Of a DNA stretch of 64,000 nucleotides, positions 10,193-20,515 are shown piece after piece. A model generated the notes under the pieces. The model had not been told where the DNA came from. It was given only the letters and a program-made list of their open reading frames with translations, and ran no database searches. The stretch covers positions 1,664,001 to 1,728,000 of the forward strand of contig OZ240245.1 of assembly GCA_965198175.1 (NCBI GenBank), given 5' to 3'. The position numbers and the translations under genes were made by a program. Source of the DNA: Candidatus Poribacteria bacterium (GTDB lineage Bacteria > Poribacteria > WGA-4E > PCPOR2b). Positions within the stretch are counted from its first letter, which is position 1, and each line of letters begins with the position of its first letter.

Positions 10193-11155
10193 ATGAAATT
10201 CCTACAGAAGAACCGAATCGCGCATCTACGCGGTTTCATTGTAATGCTGGGATTTGCCCTCATACCGGTTAGCTCCGCCCAATCGCGCGATTCAATGATT
10301 GCCTTTTCTTCAGACCGGGACAGCCCTGGAGATCAAGATATCTTTGTAATGAAGGTAGATGGGTCTCAACCCCGCAACCTTACATATAACCCCACGGCAC
10401 GGGATTCTATCCCCGACTGGTCTCCAGATGGGAGCAAGATTACTTTTACATCCGATCGCGATGGAAACCTAGAGATTTATGTTATGGACGCTAACGGCGG
10501 CAATCCTATCCGGCTTACCACAGAACCCGAAACGGACGCGGCGCCTCGTTGGTCTCCCGATGGGACGAAAATTGCCTTTTATTCGAAGCGCGACGGAAAC
10601 TTTGAGATTTATGTCATGGACGCGGACGGCAAAAACCCCGTCCGGCTTACCACAGAACCTGGGTGGGATGTCGTTCCTTGCTGGTCTCCCGATGGGACGA
10701 AAATTGCCTTTTGTTCGGGTCGCGATGGGAACCTAGAGATTTATGTCATGGACGCGGACGGCAAAAACCCCGTCCGACTCACCAAAGAACCCGCAGAAGA
10801 CGGTGCGCCGTGCTGGTCTCCGGATGGGCGGAAAATTACCTTTGAGTCGGAGCGCGATGGGAACCTAGAGGTTTATGCGATGGATGCTAACGGCGACAAC
10901 CCTGTCCGGCTTACCAGAGAACCCGAAAGTGATGGTGCGCCTCGCTGGTCTCCCGATGGGACTGAAATTGTCTTTCGGTCAGGTCGCGATAGGAACCTAG
11001 AGATATATGTCATGGACGCTGACGGCGGAAACCCGATTAATCTCACCCAAAACCCGGCTCTTGATGAAGTGGCTGCATGGTCACCGGGGCGATTGGCAGT
11101 CTCTCCAAAGGCAACGTTTCTGACACTTTGGGCGACAATAAAAACCACGCAGTGA
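10193..11155 (+). CDS. Secreted TolB-like PD40 beta-propeller protein (copy 2)
   Basis: PD40 repeats; paralog of 6093 and 15251. Confidence 0.85.
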   Translation: MKFLQKNRIAHLRGFIVMLGFALIPVSSAQSRDSMIAFSSDRDSPGDQDIFVMKVDGSQPRNLTYNPTARDSIPDWSPDGSKITFTSDRDGNLEIYVMDANGGNPIRLTTEPETDAAPRWSPDGTKIAFYSKRDGNFEIYVMDADGKNPVRLTTEPGWDVVPCWSPDGTKIAFCSGRDGNLEIYVMDADGKNPVRLTKEPAEDGAPCWSPDGRKITFESERDGNLEVYAMDANGDNPVRLTREPESDGAPRWSPDGTEIVFRSGRDRNLEIYVMDADGGNPINLTQNPALDEVAAWSPGRLAVSPKATFLTLWATIKTTQ

Positions 11156-11546
11156 TAAAGATGGGAAATGAAGGGCTCTTGAAGAATTCATAACAATGAG
11201 CAGAAACACCTCTATTACTTATGGCAGTTTCTTTCTCCTCACTGTGATTCTCGCAACCGTTCTTCGAGTTTTCCCTCTCCGCTGATTCGATGATAAGGCT
11301 TTCACCGGCCCTGATTCGGTCGGCGAGAATTGTCGGACAGGCAAAACTAATCCCCGGAGAACGGAGCGCTTTCCGTTCGTGATTAGATGTTATCCGCTCT
11401 ATTTGAATGTCCACTACGGTTGATTTTCGACATCGAATCTTTTTTCTGAATTTTCTTCTTCTGTTGGACTGAAAACTGAAGCGAAAAAGTGGTAGAATAA
11501 ATCGTAAAACGGTGTTTTATTAATATGAAGAGGAGGATAAAGAACA

Positions 11547-12782
11547 GTGACAGATGTCAAAACCCTCATCTTGCGTGCCCAAGCAGGCGATGAACAGGCA
11601 TTCGCAAACCTAATGCAGGCGCATTACGCCTTCGTTTATACGATTGTCATCGGAATCGTGGACAATCCCGAAGATGCAGAGGAAGTTGTGCAAGACACCT
11701 TTGTCAACGTCTATCGCGGTTTGGCGCAGTATGAAGAGAGGACCAAATTCAGAGGTTGGCTGGCAAAAATTGCGCGAAATCGTGCCTTAAACTGGATGCG
11801 AGACCAAAGAAGTGAAAACGTGTCCATCAACGATGTACAAGAACACAAACTCCAGACCTCAGACGCGCTTGCCGAACAGTTGATACTCGCCGAACAGAAG
11901 GCACTAATTCGCAGTGCATTGGAGACGCTCTCGCCCAAAGATAGGCAGATTGCTCGTTCGTATTACCTAGATGGCGCAAGCTACGACGAACTGATTCGCA
12001 CACACGGTCTGTCATACAAGGCGATTTCAGTTCGGCTTTCGAGGGCAAAGCGGAAACTCTCCATACGGCTGCGGCATCTACTCACTGGGTTATTCGTCTC
12101 TCCAACCATGACACTCAAACAGATATACTCAGGAGGACTTACGGTCATGAAAGTTGGAACAGTTCCCAAAATCACTGTCAGTGCAGCAGCCATCATTGGG
12201 ATCGGTGTCATCGGGACTCACCATTTCATATTGTCGAAGGAAGATACGTCTCCATCGGTAGAGATTGTAACATCAACGCCAAGTCACTCGATAAACTCAG
12301 TCCCGAGAACAAATGCTACTCGTAGAGCGGTCGTCTCACCTCGAAGTGCAGACTCGGCGCAAATTTCCGTTGCGGAGATGGAACAGATTGAGAGGTTTTT
12401 TTCTCAACTCGACGCAGCGGATGCACAAGATATAGAAATAGCAGGAGAAGAAGCTACTTCTTCTGAAATGGACATTGAATCAGAGCAAGAAATCTCAGAA
12501 ACCGATGTGACCGGGTCTTCAGAGCGTCAAGAGCGGATCGCCGAAATAAAGCGACGAATTGAGTGGCTTTCCGAGCAGCTTAAGCAGTTGGAAGAAGAAG
12601 AAGAAACACTACCGCCGCGTTATCCACGTGGTCAGGAACCAACCGAACAGACGCCCGAAGAGATGGAGAGAGATAGAGAAAACGACACTCGACGTCGGGA
12701 ACTACGATTGAAGCAGGCGGAACTTGGCACTGAGAAATACCACTTGCGCCGTGAGTTAAGAGAATTGCAACAAGAGCCTTAG
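11547..12782 (+). CDS. ECF sigma-70 factor with C-terminal TM and acidic/coiled-coil extension
   Basis: Region 2 (DAEEVVQDTF, WLAKIARN), region 4 (SYDEL...RLSRAK), TM AAAIIGIGVIG. Confidence 0.85.
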   Translation: MTDVKTLILRAQAGDEQAFANLMQAHYAFVYTIVIGIVDNPEDAEEVVQDTFVNVYRGLAQYEERTKFRGWLAKIARNRALNWMRDQRSENVSINDVQEHKLQTSDALAEQLILAEQKALIRSALETLSPKDRQIARSYYLDGASYDELIRTHGLSYKAISVRLSRAKRKLSIRLRHLLTGLFVSPTMTLKQIYSGGLTVMKVGTVPKITVSAAAIIGIGVIGTHHFILSKEDTSPSVEIVTSTPSHSINSVPRTNATRRAVVSPRSADSAQISVAEMEQIERFFSQLDAADAQDIEIAGEEATSSEMDIESEQEISETDVTGSSERQERIAEIKRRIEWLSEQLKQLEEEEETLPPRYPRGQEPTEQTPEEMERDRENDTRRRELRLKQAELGTEKYHLRRELRELQQEP

Positions 12783-12953
12783 TTTGTACATTTAAGTTAG
12801 GATGACACACGGTGTCAATTAAGCGTTGAAGAAAAGTAGTGATCTGGTCTTTTTGGTTGACCACTTTCAAACAGGCTCTAAATTCCGAGGTCGTACTCCA
12901 ACAATAGAAGTCGAGCGATATACCCTCTAACTCAAACATGGAGGATAATTCCA

Positions 12954-15167
12954 ATGAAGAAAGCAATGTTTTTCAAGCTTAGCTTATTATTCGTTTCCGC
13001 TCTATGTCTACGGTACAGCTTCGCCCAAGATTCTCCGCAATGGGGTCTACCCGAGGACGCTAAAGCGCGCTTCGGTAAAGGCGATATAAGTGAAATGCAG
13101 TATTCACCCGACGGCACTCGACTTGCAGTGGTAAGCAGCATCGGCATTTGGCTCTACGATACGACGACCTATAAAGAGGTCGCCCTAATCAACGGGCATA
13201 CATACTATGTCAAGTGCGTTGCGTTCAGTCCGGATGGACGCACAATTGCTAGCGGGAGTTGGGACTATACCATCCGTCTGTGGGACACCGATACGGGAAA
13301 TCCCCTGCGAACGCTCAACCATGGCGATTGGATCTTTAGCGTTGCGTTCAGTCCGGATGGACGCACCATCGCAAGTGCGGGTTCGGGCAGCATCCGTCTG
13401 TGGAACGCCCATACCGGAAGACTCCTGCATATACTCAGGGATGGTATGGATGGGGGTTGGCGCTCTTTGGTCGATAGTGTTGCGTTCAGTCCAGATGGTC
13501 GCACCATCGCAAGTGCGATCGGGGACAATTCTATTCGACTGTGGGACGTCGATACCGGAAAACTCCTGCGAACGCTCAAAGGGCATGAAGATGACGTCTT
13601 TAGGGTTGCGTACAGCCCCGATGGACGTACCATCGCAAGTGCGAGTTACGACAAGACCATTCGTCTGTGGGACGCCGATACCGGAAAACACCGTCGAACG
13701 CTTATGGGACATGAATCTGTCGTCTATAGTGTTGCGTTAAGTCCGGATGGCGACACCATCGCCAGTGGGAGTGGGGACGATACCATCCGTCTATGGGATG
13801 CCGATACCGGAAAACACCTGCGAACCCTCATGGGGCATACGGATGATGTCAATACCATTGCGTTAAGTCCGGATGGACGTACCATCGCAAGTGGGAGCGA
13901 GGACGAGACCATCCGTCTGTGGGACGTCAATACCGGAAAACACCTGCGAACCCTCACAGGGTATACGTTAGCGGTCTATAGCGTTGCGTTTAGTCCCGAT
14001 AGCGACATCATCGCTTACGGCGGTAGGGACACTACTATCCGTCTGCGTGACGCCGATACGGGAAAACATCTGCGAACGCTGAAGGGGCACACGTCAAGCG
14101 TCTATAGCGTTGCATTCAGTCCCGATGGACGCACCATCGCAAGTGGAAGTGCGGACGATACCATAGGTCTGTGGCACGCCGATGCCGGAAGACACCTGCT
14201 AACCCACGACGGGCACGGGATGGGGTTCAGTTGCGTTGCGTTCAGTCCGGATGGACGCACAATCGCTAGCGGGAGACGCGACGGTACAGTCCGTCTGCGG
14301 GACACCGATACCGGAAAACGGCTGCGGACCCTAAAGGGGCATAAGAATGAGGTCGAAAGCGTTGCGTTTAGTCCCGACGGACGCACGATTGCTAGTGGGA
14401 GCCGTGACGCTACGGTGTGTCTGTGGGACACCGATACCGGGAATCACCTGCGGACGCTCAAAGGGCATTCGAATTCGGTTATGAGCGTAGCATTTAGTCC
14501 GGAAGGCGGGACGCTTGCGAGCGGGAGTGGGGACAAGACCATCCGTCTGTGGGACACCGATACCGGAAAACGTCTGCGGACGCTCAAAGGGCATACGAAT
14601 TGGGTCTTAAGCGTAGCGTTCAGTCCCGATGGGCGCGCACTCGCCAGCGGCGGTGTGGACTGTACCATCCGCTTGTGGGACATCAATACGGGAAAAAAAC
14701 TGCAAGTGCGCGCAGGGCATACAGGTGACGTCTGGAGCGTTGTGTTCAGTCCCGATGGACGCGCACTGGCCAGCGGGAGTCGGGACGGCACCGTATTGCT
14801 GTGGGAACTTTCCTCTTCAACCGCATTTGGGGCGGAACCGTTGGGAAGGCGGATTACGACGCTGGGAAACATCAAGCGGACGGCGCTACTGCAAAATTAT
14901 CCGAATCCGTTCAACCCCGAAACCTGGATACCGTATCAGTTGGCAAACGATGCACTCGTGACCTTGAACATCTATGACCAGAGTGGTCATATCGTCCGCA
15001 AACTCGACATTGGACGTAAAAAGTCGGGAGTCTACCGAGACAGAGCAAGCGCAGCGTATTGGGATGGCCGCAACCAAAACGGAGAACCCGTGACAAGCGG
15101 CGCCTATTACTATCAACTCCGTGCGGGCAATTACACCGCGTTACGGCGAATGGCGATTGTCAAGTAG
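12954..15167 (+). CDS. Secreted WD40-repeat protein with FlgD/Ig-like tail (copy 2)
   Basis: Same architecture as 7878-10109, with near-identical N- and C-termini. Confidence 0.9.
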   Translation: MKKAMFFKLSLLFVSALCLRYSFAQDSPQWGLPEDAKARFGKGDISEMQYSPDGTRLAVVSSIGIWLYDTTTYKEVALINGHTYYVKCVAFSPDGRTIASGSWDYTIRLWDTDTGNPLRTLNHGDWIFSVAFSPDGRTIASAGSGSIRLWNAHTGRLLHILRDGMDGGWRSLVDSVAFSPDGRTIASAIGDNSIRLWDVDTGKLLRTLKGHEDDVFRVAYSPDGRTIASASYDKTIRLWDADTGKHRRTLMGHESVVYSVALSPDGDTIASGSGDDTIRLWDADTGKHLRTLMGHTDDVNTIALSPDGRTIASGSEDETIRLWDVNTGKHLRTLTGYTLAVYSVAFSPDSDIIAYGGRDTTIRLRDADTGKHLRTLKGHTSSVYSVAFSPDGRTIASGSADDTIGLWHADAGRHLLTHDGHGMGFSCVAFSPDGRTIASGRRDGTVRLRDTDTGKRLRTLKGHKNEVESVAFSPDGRTIASGSRDATVCLWDTDTGNHLRTLKGHSNSVMSVAFSPEGGTLASGSGDKTIRLWDTDTGKRLRTLKGHTNWVLSVAFSPDGRALASGGVDCTIRLWDINTGKKLQVRAGHTGDVWSVVFSPDGRALASGSRDGTVLLWELSSSTAFGAEPLGRRITTLGNIKRTALLQNYPNPFNPETWIPYQLANDALVTLNIYDQSGHIVRKLDIGRKKSGVYRDRASAAYWDGRNQNGEPVTSGAYYYQLRAGNYTALRRMAIVK

Positions 15168-15250
15168 CACTACGCAATTGGGGTGAGAAACCGAGAAAGC
15201 AGATCGCCTATCACAATCTCAAGATGAATTCTTAGAAGGAGGGATAGCTC

Positions 15251-16651
15251 ATGAAATTCCTACAGAAGAACCGAATAGCGCATCTACGCAGTTTCATTGT
15301 AATGCTGGGATTAGCCCTCATGTCGGCTAATCCAGCGCAATCGATCGACTCATTTATTGCCTTTTCTTCGGACCGGGACAGCCCTGGGGATCAAGATATC
15401 TTTGTAATGATGGCAGATGGGTCTCAACCCCGCAATCTTACGAATAATCCCACATCATACGATTCCGTCCCCGACTGGTCTCCAGATGGGAACAAGATTG
15501 CTTTTATATCAGATCGCAAGGAGAAATGGAACTCTGAGATCTACGTCATGGACGCTGACGGTGGCAATCCCATCCGGCTTACCAGAGAACCCGAAACAGA
15601 CACGGCGCCTCGTTGGTCTCCCGATGGGACGAAAATTGCCTTTTATTCGGAGCGCGATGGGAACTTTGAAATTTATGTCATGGACGCTGATGGTGGCAAT
15701 CCCATCCGGCTTACCAGAGAACCTGGATGGGACGTCGTTCCTTGCTGGTCTCCGGATGGGACGAAAATTGCCTTTTGTTCGGATCGCAATGGGAACATAG
15801 CGATTGATGGGAATCTAGAGATTTATGTCATGGACGCGGACGGCAAAAACCCCGTCCGGCTTACCAAAGAACCCGCAGAAGACGGTGCGCCGTGCTGGTC
15901 TCCAGATGGGCGGAAAATTACCTTTGAGTCGGAGCGTGATGGGAACCTAGAGGTTTATGTGATGGATGCTAACGGCGACAACCCCGCCCGGCTTACCAGA
16001 GAACCCGAAAGCGATGGCGCGCCTCGTTGGTCTCCCGATGGGACGAAAATTGCCTTTTATTCGGAGCGCGATGGGAACTTTGAAATTTATGTCATGGACG
16101 CTGATGGTGGCAATCCCATCCGGCTTACCAGAGAACCTGGATGGGACGTCGTTCCTTGCTGGTCTCCGGATGGGACGAAAATTGCCTTTTGTTCGGATCG
16201 CAATGGGAACATAGCGATTGATGGGAATCTAGAGATTTATGTCATGGACGCGGACGGCAAAAACCCCGTCCGGCTTACCAAAGAACCCGCAGAAGACGGT
16301 GCGCCGTGCTGGTCTCCAGATGGGCGGAAAATTACCTTTGAGTCGGAGCGTGATGGGAACCTAGAGGTTTATGTGATGGATGCTAACGGCGACAACCCCG
16401 CCCGGCTTACCAGAGAACCCGAAAGCGATGGCGCGCCTCGTTGGTCTCCCGATGGGACGAAAATTGCCTTTTATTCGGAGCGCGATGGGAACTTTGAAAT
16501 TTATGTCATGGACGCTGATGGTGGCAATCCGACCAATCTCACACAAAACCCGGGGCATGATATAGTGGCTGCATGGTCACCGGGGCGATTGGCAGTTTCT
16601 CCGAAGGCAAGGCTACTGATGCAATGGGGGACAATAAAAACCACGCAGTGA
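15251..16651 (+). CDS. Secreted TolB-like PD40 protein (copy 3) with internal tandem duplication
   Basis: PD40 repeats; a 138-aa block is repeated. Confidence 0.85.
   Translation: MKFLQKNRIAHLRSFIVMLGLALMSANPAQSIDSFIAFSSDRDSPGDQDIFVMMADGSQPRNLTNNPTSYDSVPDWSPDGNKIAFISDRKEKWNSEIYVMDADGGNPIRLTREPETDTAPRWSPDGTKIAFYSERDGNFEIYVMDADGGNPIRLTREPGWDVVPCWSPDGTKIAFCSDRNGNIAIDGNLEIYVMDADGKNPVRLTKEPAEDGAPCWSPDGRKITFESERDGNLEVYVMDANGDNPARLTREPESDGAPRWSPDGTKIAFYSERDGNFEIYVMDADGGNPIRLTREPGWDVVPCWSPDGTKIAFCSDRNGNIAIDGNLEIYVMDADGKNPVRLTKEPAEDGAPCWSPDGRKITFESERDGNLEVYVMDANGDNPARLTREPESDGAPRWSPDGTKIAFYSERDGNFEIYVMDADGGNPTNLTQNPGHDIVAAWSPGRLAVSPKARLLMQWGTIKTTQ
15605..16530 (+). repeat. 414-nt tandem repeat, ~2.2 copies
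   Basis: GCGCCTCGTTGGTCTCCCGATGGG at 15605, 16019 and 16433; units look identical by eye. Confidence 0.9.
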
Positions 16652-17096
16652 TAAAGATGGAATGTCAAACGCTCCAAAAATCTCATGCCGATAATTGGTT
16701 GAACCAAGAGGCTGATTGTCTCAATAAACCCGAGATATCGGAAAGTGCACAAAACAGGGCAAGGGTTCATCCAAATTGCACCGTTTGGTGCACGGACCGG
16801 CTCTCTAGATGAAAAATCCCAAACTGCTTGTTGCCTTGATACATCAGACTTCTATGCCCAAAATTGAAGAGCATTATCCGCTGGTGCATAATTTGCACCT
16901 GAAAACATCTCAAAGACCCCAATTCAGTTTCGCTAACTGGACTTCCTTGCAAATACAAATCTATCAAAAAGTAGGATTTCCTATGAAAATCATCCTGTTG
17001 GCGACGTTATACGGCGAATCTATCTATGAGTTTGTACTCTCTCGGTATTTTGTTTAGTTTGCCTCATAGCCTTAAATTCCAAGGAGGAACAAAAAA

Positions 17097-18116
17097 ATGA
17101 ATAGAGGAAAATATCTAGTTACGGTTTGCATTCGCGCCGGAATGTTATGCAGTGTTGCTTTATGGAGCAATGCTTGGTCACAGGCAGACCGAACCGCACA
17201 GATCGTCTTTGTGGCTTATGGACGAGGACTACACTTACATGGGAATCAGCCTGATATATTTATTATGGATATTAATGGGAAGCAGCAGAAAAATTTGACA
17301 AAGCACGCTAGCCGAGATTTACATCCAACATGGTCGCCGGACGGACGAAAGATTTCCTTCTCTTCAACTCGGGATAGAAATTCAAACATTTATGTAATGG
17401 ATGCAGATGGGAACAACGTCCAACGACTGACAAATCACCCAGGCAAGGACAGCGAGCCAGCCTGGGCACCCGTTGGAAATAAGATTGCTTTTTGCTCTTC
17501 CCGAGAAAGTATAATGGGATCTTCTAACATTTATGTGATGGATGCGGATGGTAAGAACGTCCGTAAACTGACAAATCATCTCGGGGGCGACTCTAGCCCG
17601 GCGTGGTCTCCAAATGGACGCAATATTGCTTTCAGATCTTGTCGTCAAGAAAGGGGCTGCGACATCTATGTGATGGATGCGGATGGAGAAAATGTACGCC
17701 GATTGACAGACCGTTTCGAATTCAATATTACGCCCGCGTGGTCTCCCAACGGTCGAAAGATTGCTTTTGTTGCTTACAGTGGCGACGACGATCGGGTTTC
17801 TGGCATCTACACCATGAACGCCGACGGCGGCGGCATTGCACGAGTTACTAATTATAGTGGCGGGGATCCTGTCTGGTCACCTGATGGTGGTCAACTCGCA
17901 TTTTACTCAAACAAGGACCCAGAAGGGGTTCCAAACAGCGACACAGAAATCTATGTGATAGACGCGGATGGGAAGAACGAGCGGCAGCTAACCCACAATC
18001 AGACTGGAGACGTATGTCCTGATTGGTTTGACCCGGCGGTTCCTCGCGCCGTTTCTTCTGTGGGTCGGCACGCTACCATTTGGGGGTGGGTAAAGCAGTT
18101 GAATCAGCCGAAATAG
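17097..18116 (+). CDS. Secreted TolB-like PD40 protein (divergent copy)
   Basis: Signal peptide, PD40 repeats, tail AVSSVGRHATIWGWVK. Confidence 0.85.
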   Translation: MNRGKYLVTVCIRAGMLCSVALWSNAWSQADRTAQIVFVAYGRGLHLHGNQPDIFIMDINGKQQKNLTKHASRDLHPTWSPDGRKISFSSTRDRNSNIYVMDADGNNVQRLTNHPGKDSEPAWAPVGNKIAFCSSRESIMGSSNIYVMDADGKNVRKLTNHLGGDSSPAWSPNGRNIAFRSCRQERGCDIYVMDADGENVRRLTDRFEFNITPAWSPNGRKIAFVAYSGDDDRVSGIYTMNADGGGIARVTNYSGGDPVWSPDGGQLAFYSNKDPEGVPNSDTEIYVIDADGKNERQLTHNQTGDVCPDWFDPAVPRAVSSVGRHATIWGWVKQLNQPK

Positions 18117-18596
18117 GCGCATCAGGGACGGGGAACTTACCAGAAAACGCCGAGTGAGTTTATGGTTCAGACCAGAGACGTATTGGTGGAAGCAGGCAAA
18201 GAATACCGGTTTGAAGCGACCTACACACCGACAGCGTCTTCACGCAAGTCGATTCGAGATGTCATTGAGCTTCATACCAACAGCAAAAAAAACAGCCCTT
18301 CCCGAAGTTCCCATTGTTCGGTCTCCCTTAAACAACTCCTACAAGCACAAGTCTGGAAAGTTCGAGCATAACTCCAAACTGCAGTGTACAGCCAATACAT
18401 GTTATACTCGCAGTAAAATTCAGCGCATACCTCCATGCCTAAAGTCAAAAATCCTCAAGAAAATCTGTCTCGAATGCATCTGAAATGGTAACACCCAATT
18501 AATCCGCATTTTAGGGTTGACAAGCCGATTCAAAAAAGTGCTAGAAAAAACCGAAAAACTGCGTCTTGATAAGATATGACGGAGGAACATACAACA

Positions 18597-19001
18597 GTGA
18601 CGGCTGACAAGACACTTATTTTCCGTGTCCGAGCAGGTGATGAACAGGCGTTTACGGACCTAGTGGGGAGGTATCATGCCTTCGTTTATGCGATTGTTAC
18701 CGGAATCATGAAGAATTCCCACGACGCGGAAGAGGTTGCGCAAGATGTTTTCGTCAACGCCTATCGCGGTTTGCCACAGCTTAAGGATACGACCAAATTC
18801 AAAGGCTGGTTGGCGGAGATTGCCCGAAACAGCACGCGAGATTGGCTGCGAAAACAGCGTGTCAACACCGTTCCCTTGGATGAAGTGGACGAACACATGC
18901 TTCAATCCTCGGACTCCCTAAATGCGGTGTTGATACGCGACGAACAGAGAGCACTGACTTGCGGCGCAATGGACTGCGCTAATGGAAATGGAAGTGTGTA
19001 A
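18597..19001 (+). pseudogene. Truncated ECF sigma factor (region 2 only), paralog of 11547
   Basis: Aligns with 11547, including upstream DNA, to ~18960; region 4 is absent; ends at an IS-end-like sequence. Confidence 0.75.
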
Positions 19002-19006
19002 GTCCT

Positions 19007-19492
19007 ATGAATGTGATTGTAGGGGTTTGTACCTTCGTGTTAGGAAAAGAAGCGGCCATAAAACTAGTGAAGAGAGATGTTACCTCTCATGCATACCCTG
19101 AATTATGAACAGAAGTTGCCTGTCGTGCCATTCTAGCTAGGGCGTTTGCTTTTGATAATGATATCGTTGCAGGTTACATTGGGCCTGCTAAAACGGGAAT
19201 TTGCAAAGAATCTATTGAGCGCAATCTCCGGAGCGTCGTATCCCTATATCAGGCTCCCCCTCCGAAAAGGGATGTTCTTTACCTACAACGAAACTCAGAG
19301 ATAAAAGGAGCGACGCCCGCACAGAATGAAGCGTATCGACATCTGCTCATTGAACGTGAAGTGGCAATTCGGCGCAATCAGAAATTGGCTATTACCGAAG
19401 AAATTGCCAACGTTTTGGGCGAATTCAAAGAAGAATACAAGGTTCGCATAGTTGGTAGTGACAGAAGATTGATGTCAGGTAACCCAGATTAG
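19007..19492 (+). pseudogene. Hypothetical ORF interrupted by one in-frame TGA
   Basis: ATG at 19007, TGA at 19106-19108, frame then open to TAG 19490-19492. Confidence 0.4.
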
Positions 19493-19538
19493 CCTTCGTA
19501 TCAAACAGACGGAGATTACCTTAGGAGGAATTACAGAA

Positions 19539-20447
19539 ATGAAGAGTCAGGAAACTTATCACAATGTGTTTGTGATTATCCTTCTGTTGCTATGGCCCAC
19601 TTCCAAGGCTCTTGCACTTGAGCTTGAGCCGTCCCCGGCTGGGGGTGGCTGGCTCGAGGTCGAAAAGCGGGGTGGGTATGCAGTTGCTAACGACCATGAT
19701 GATTTTGACGCCAATCTAGTTGATGAAGCCACAATTGAAATGTGGATTTGCCTCAAAAGGCCACCCACGTGGCGCGAGTCGTGGGTTCTATTACACAAAG
19801 AAGGCTGCTATCTAGTAATATTAGGCGGGCATACTATTGACTTCTTTGGAGAAGTTAATCGCTTGGCGGCGGATCAGGTTTCTAATCTGACTTTCTACGT
19901 GGCGCATCCAAAAGGTCGTAAGAGAAGTTCACGCGCCCAGTTTAAGGAAGACCTACCGTTGAATGAGTGGCATCATCTGGCTTTTATTGTGGGTAACAGA
20001 GGAAACGCGCTCTATCTCAATGGAGTGCAGAAGCTCGGCGGTGCAGTTCCTCTGCCCGGTCCTTTGGCTGATTCAGAATTCCCACTATTTATTGGCGGGA
20101 CGGGCATCGTGGAGACTGAATTCTTGGCGAACGTCGATGCTAAGTGGAATAGATTTGGCTGGCTTCGATTTACCGGTGGCCTCATTGATGAAGTGAGAGT
20201 CTCAAACATAGCCCGCTATCTACCGGCGGAGTTTTTTGTTGCGACACCACGCGGTCGATTGGAAGCTGATGAAAACACGCTTGCCCTCTGGCATTTTGAT
20301 GGAGGGCGATCTGAATGGCTCAAGGATGCTTCCGGAAACGGACACACGTTGACTGATGTGGATTTGGCATATTTACATGTCGAGGGTCATGGGAAACTAT
20401 CCACGCTTTGGGGGAAAATCAAAAAACGTGAAGCGATGTCACGTTAG
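19539..20447 (+). CDS. Secreted LamG-like jellyroll domain protein
   Basis: Signal peptide; TIEMWI, WHHLAF, LYLNG, GLIDEVRVS; tail VEGHGKLSTLWGKIK. Confidence 0.8.
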   Translation: MKSQETYHNVFVIILLLLWPTSKALALELEPSPAGGGWLEVEKRGGYAVANDHDDFDANLVDEATIEMWICLKRPPTWRESWVLLHKEGCYLVILGGHTIDFFGEVNRLAADQVSNLTFYVAHPKGRKRSSRAQFKEDLPLNEWHHLAFIVGNRGNALYLNGVQKLGGAVPLPGPLADSEFPLFIGGTGIVETEFLANVDAKWNRFGWLRFTGGLIDEVRVSNIARYLPAEFFVATPRGRLEADENTLALWHFDGGRSEWLKDASGNGHTLTDVDLAYLHVEGHGKLSTLWGKIKKREAMSR

Positions 20448-20515
20448 GAGGACCGCTTGGCTGGGGTTTTTCGGTATGTGGTTAGTGCCGTTCTGTTTCC
20501 GTTTCTAACTCTAGT

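Noticed and set aside
7926..14961. Long antisense and alternative-frame ORFs over the WD40 genes (and likewise over the Ig repeats at 61-63 kb)
   Set aside because: Shadow frames produced by repetitive coding sequence
18120..18371. Short ORFs possibly forming an Ig-like domain fragment frameshifted at an A8 tract
   Set aside because: No start or SD context and too little similarity to assign
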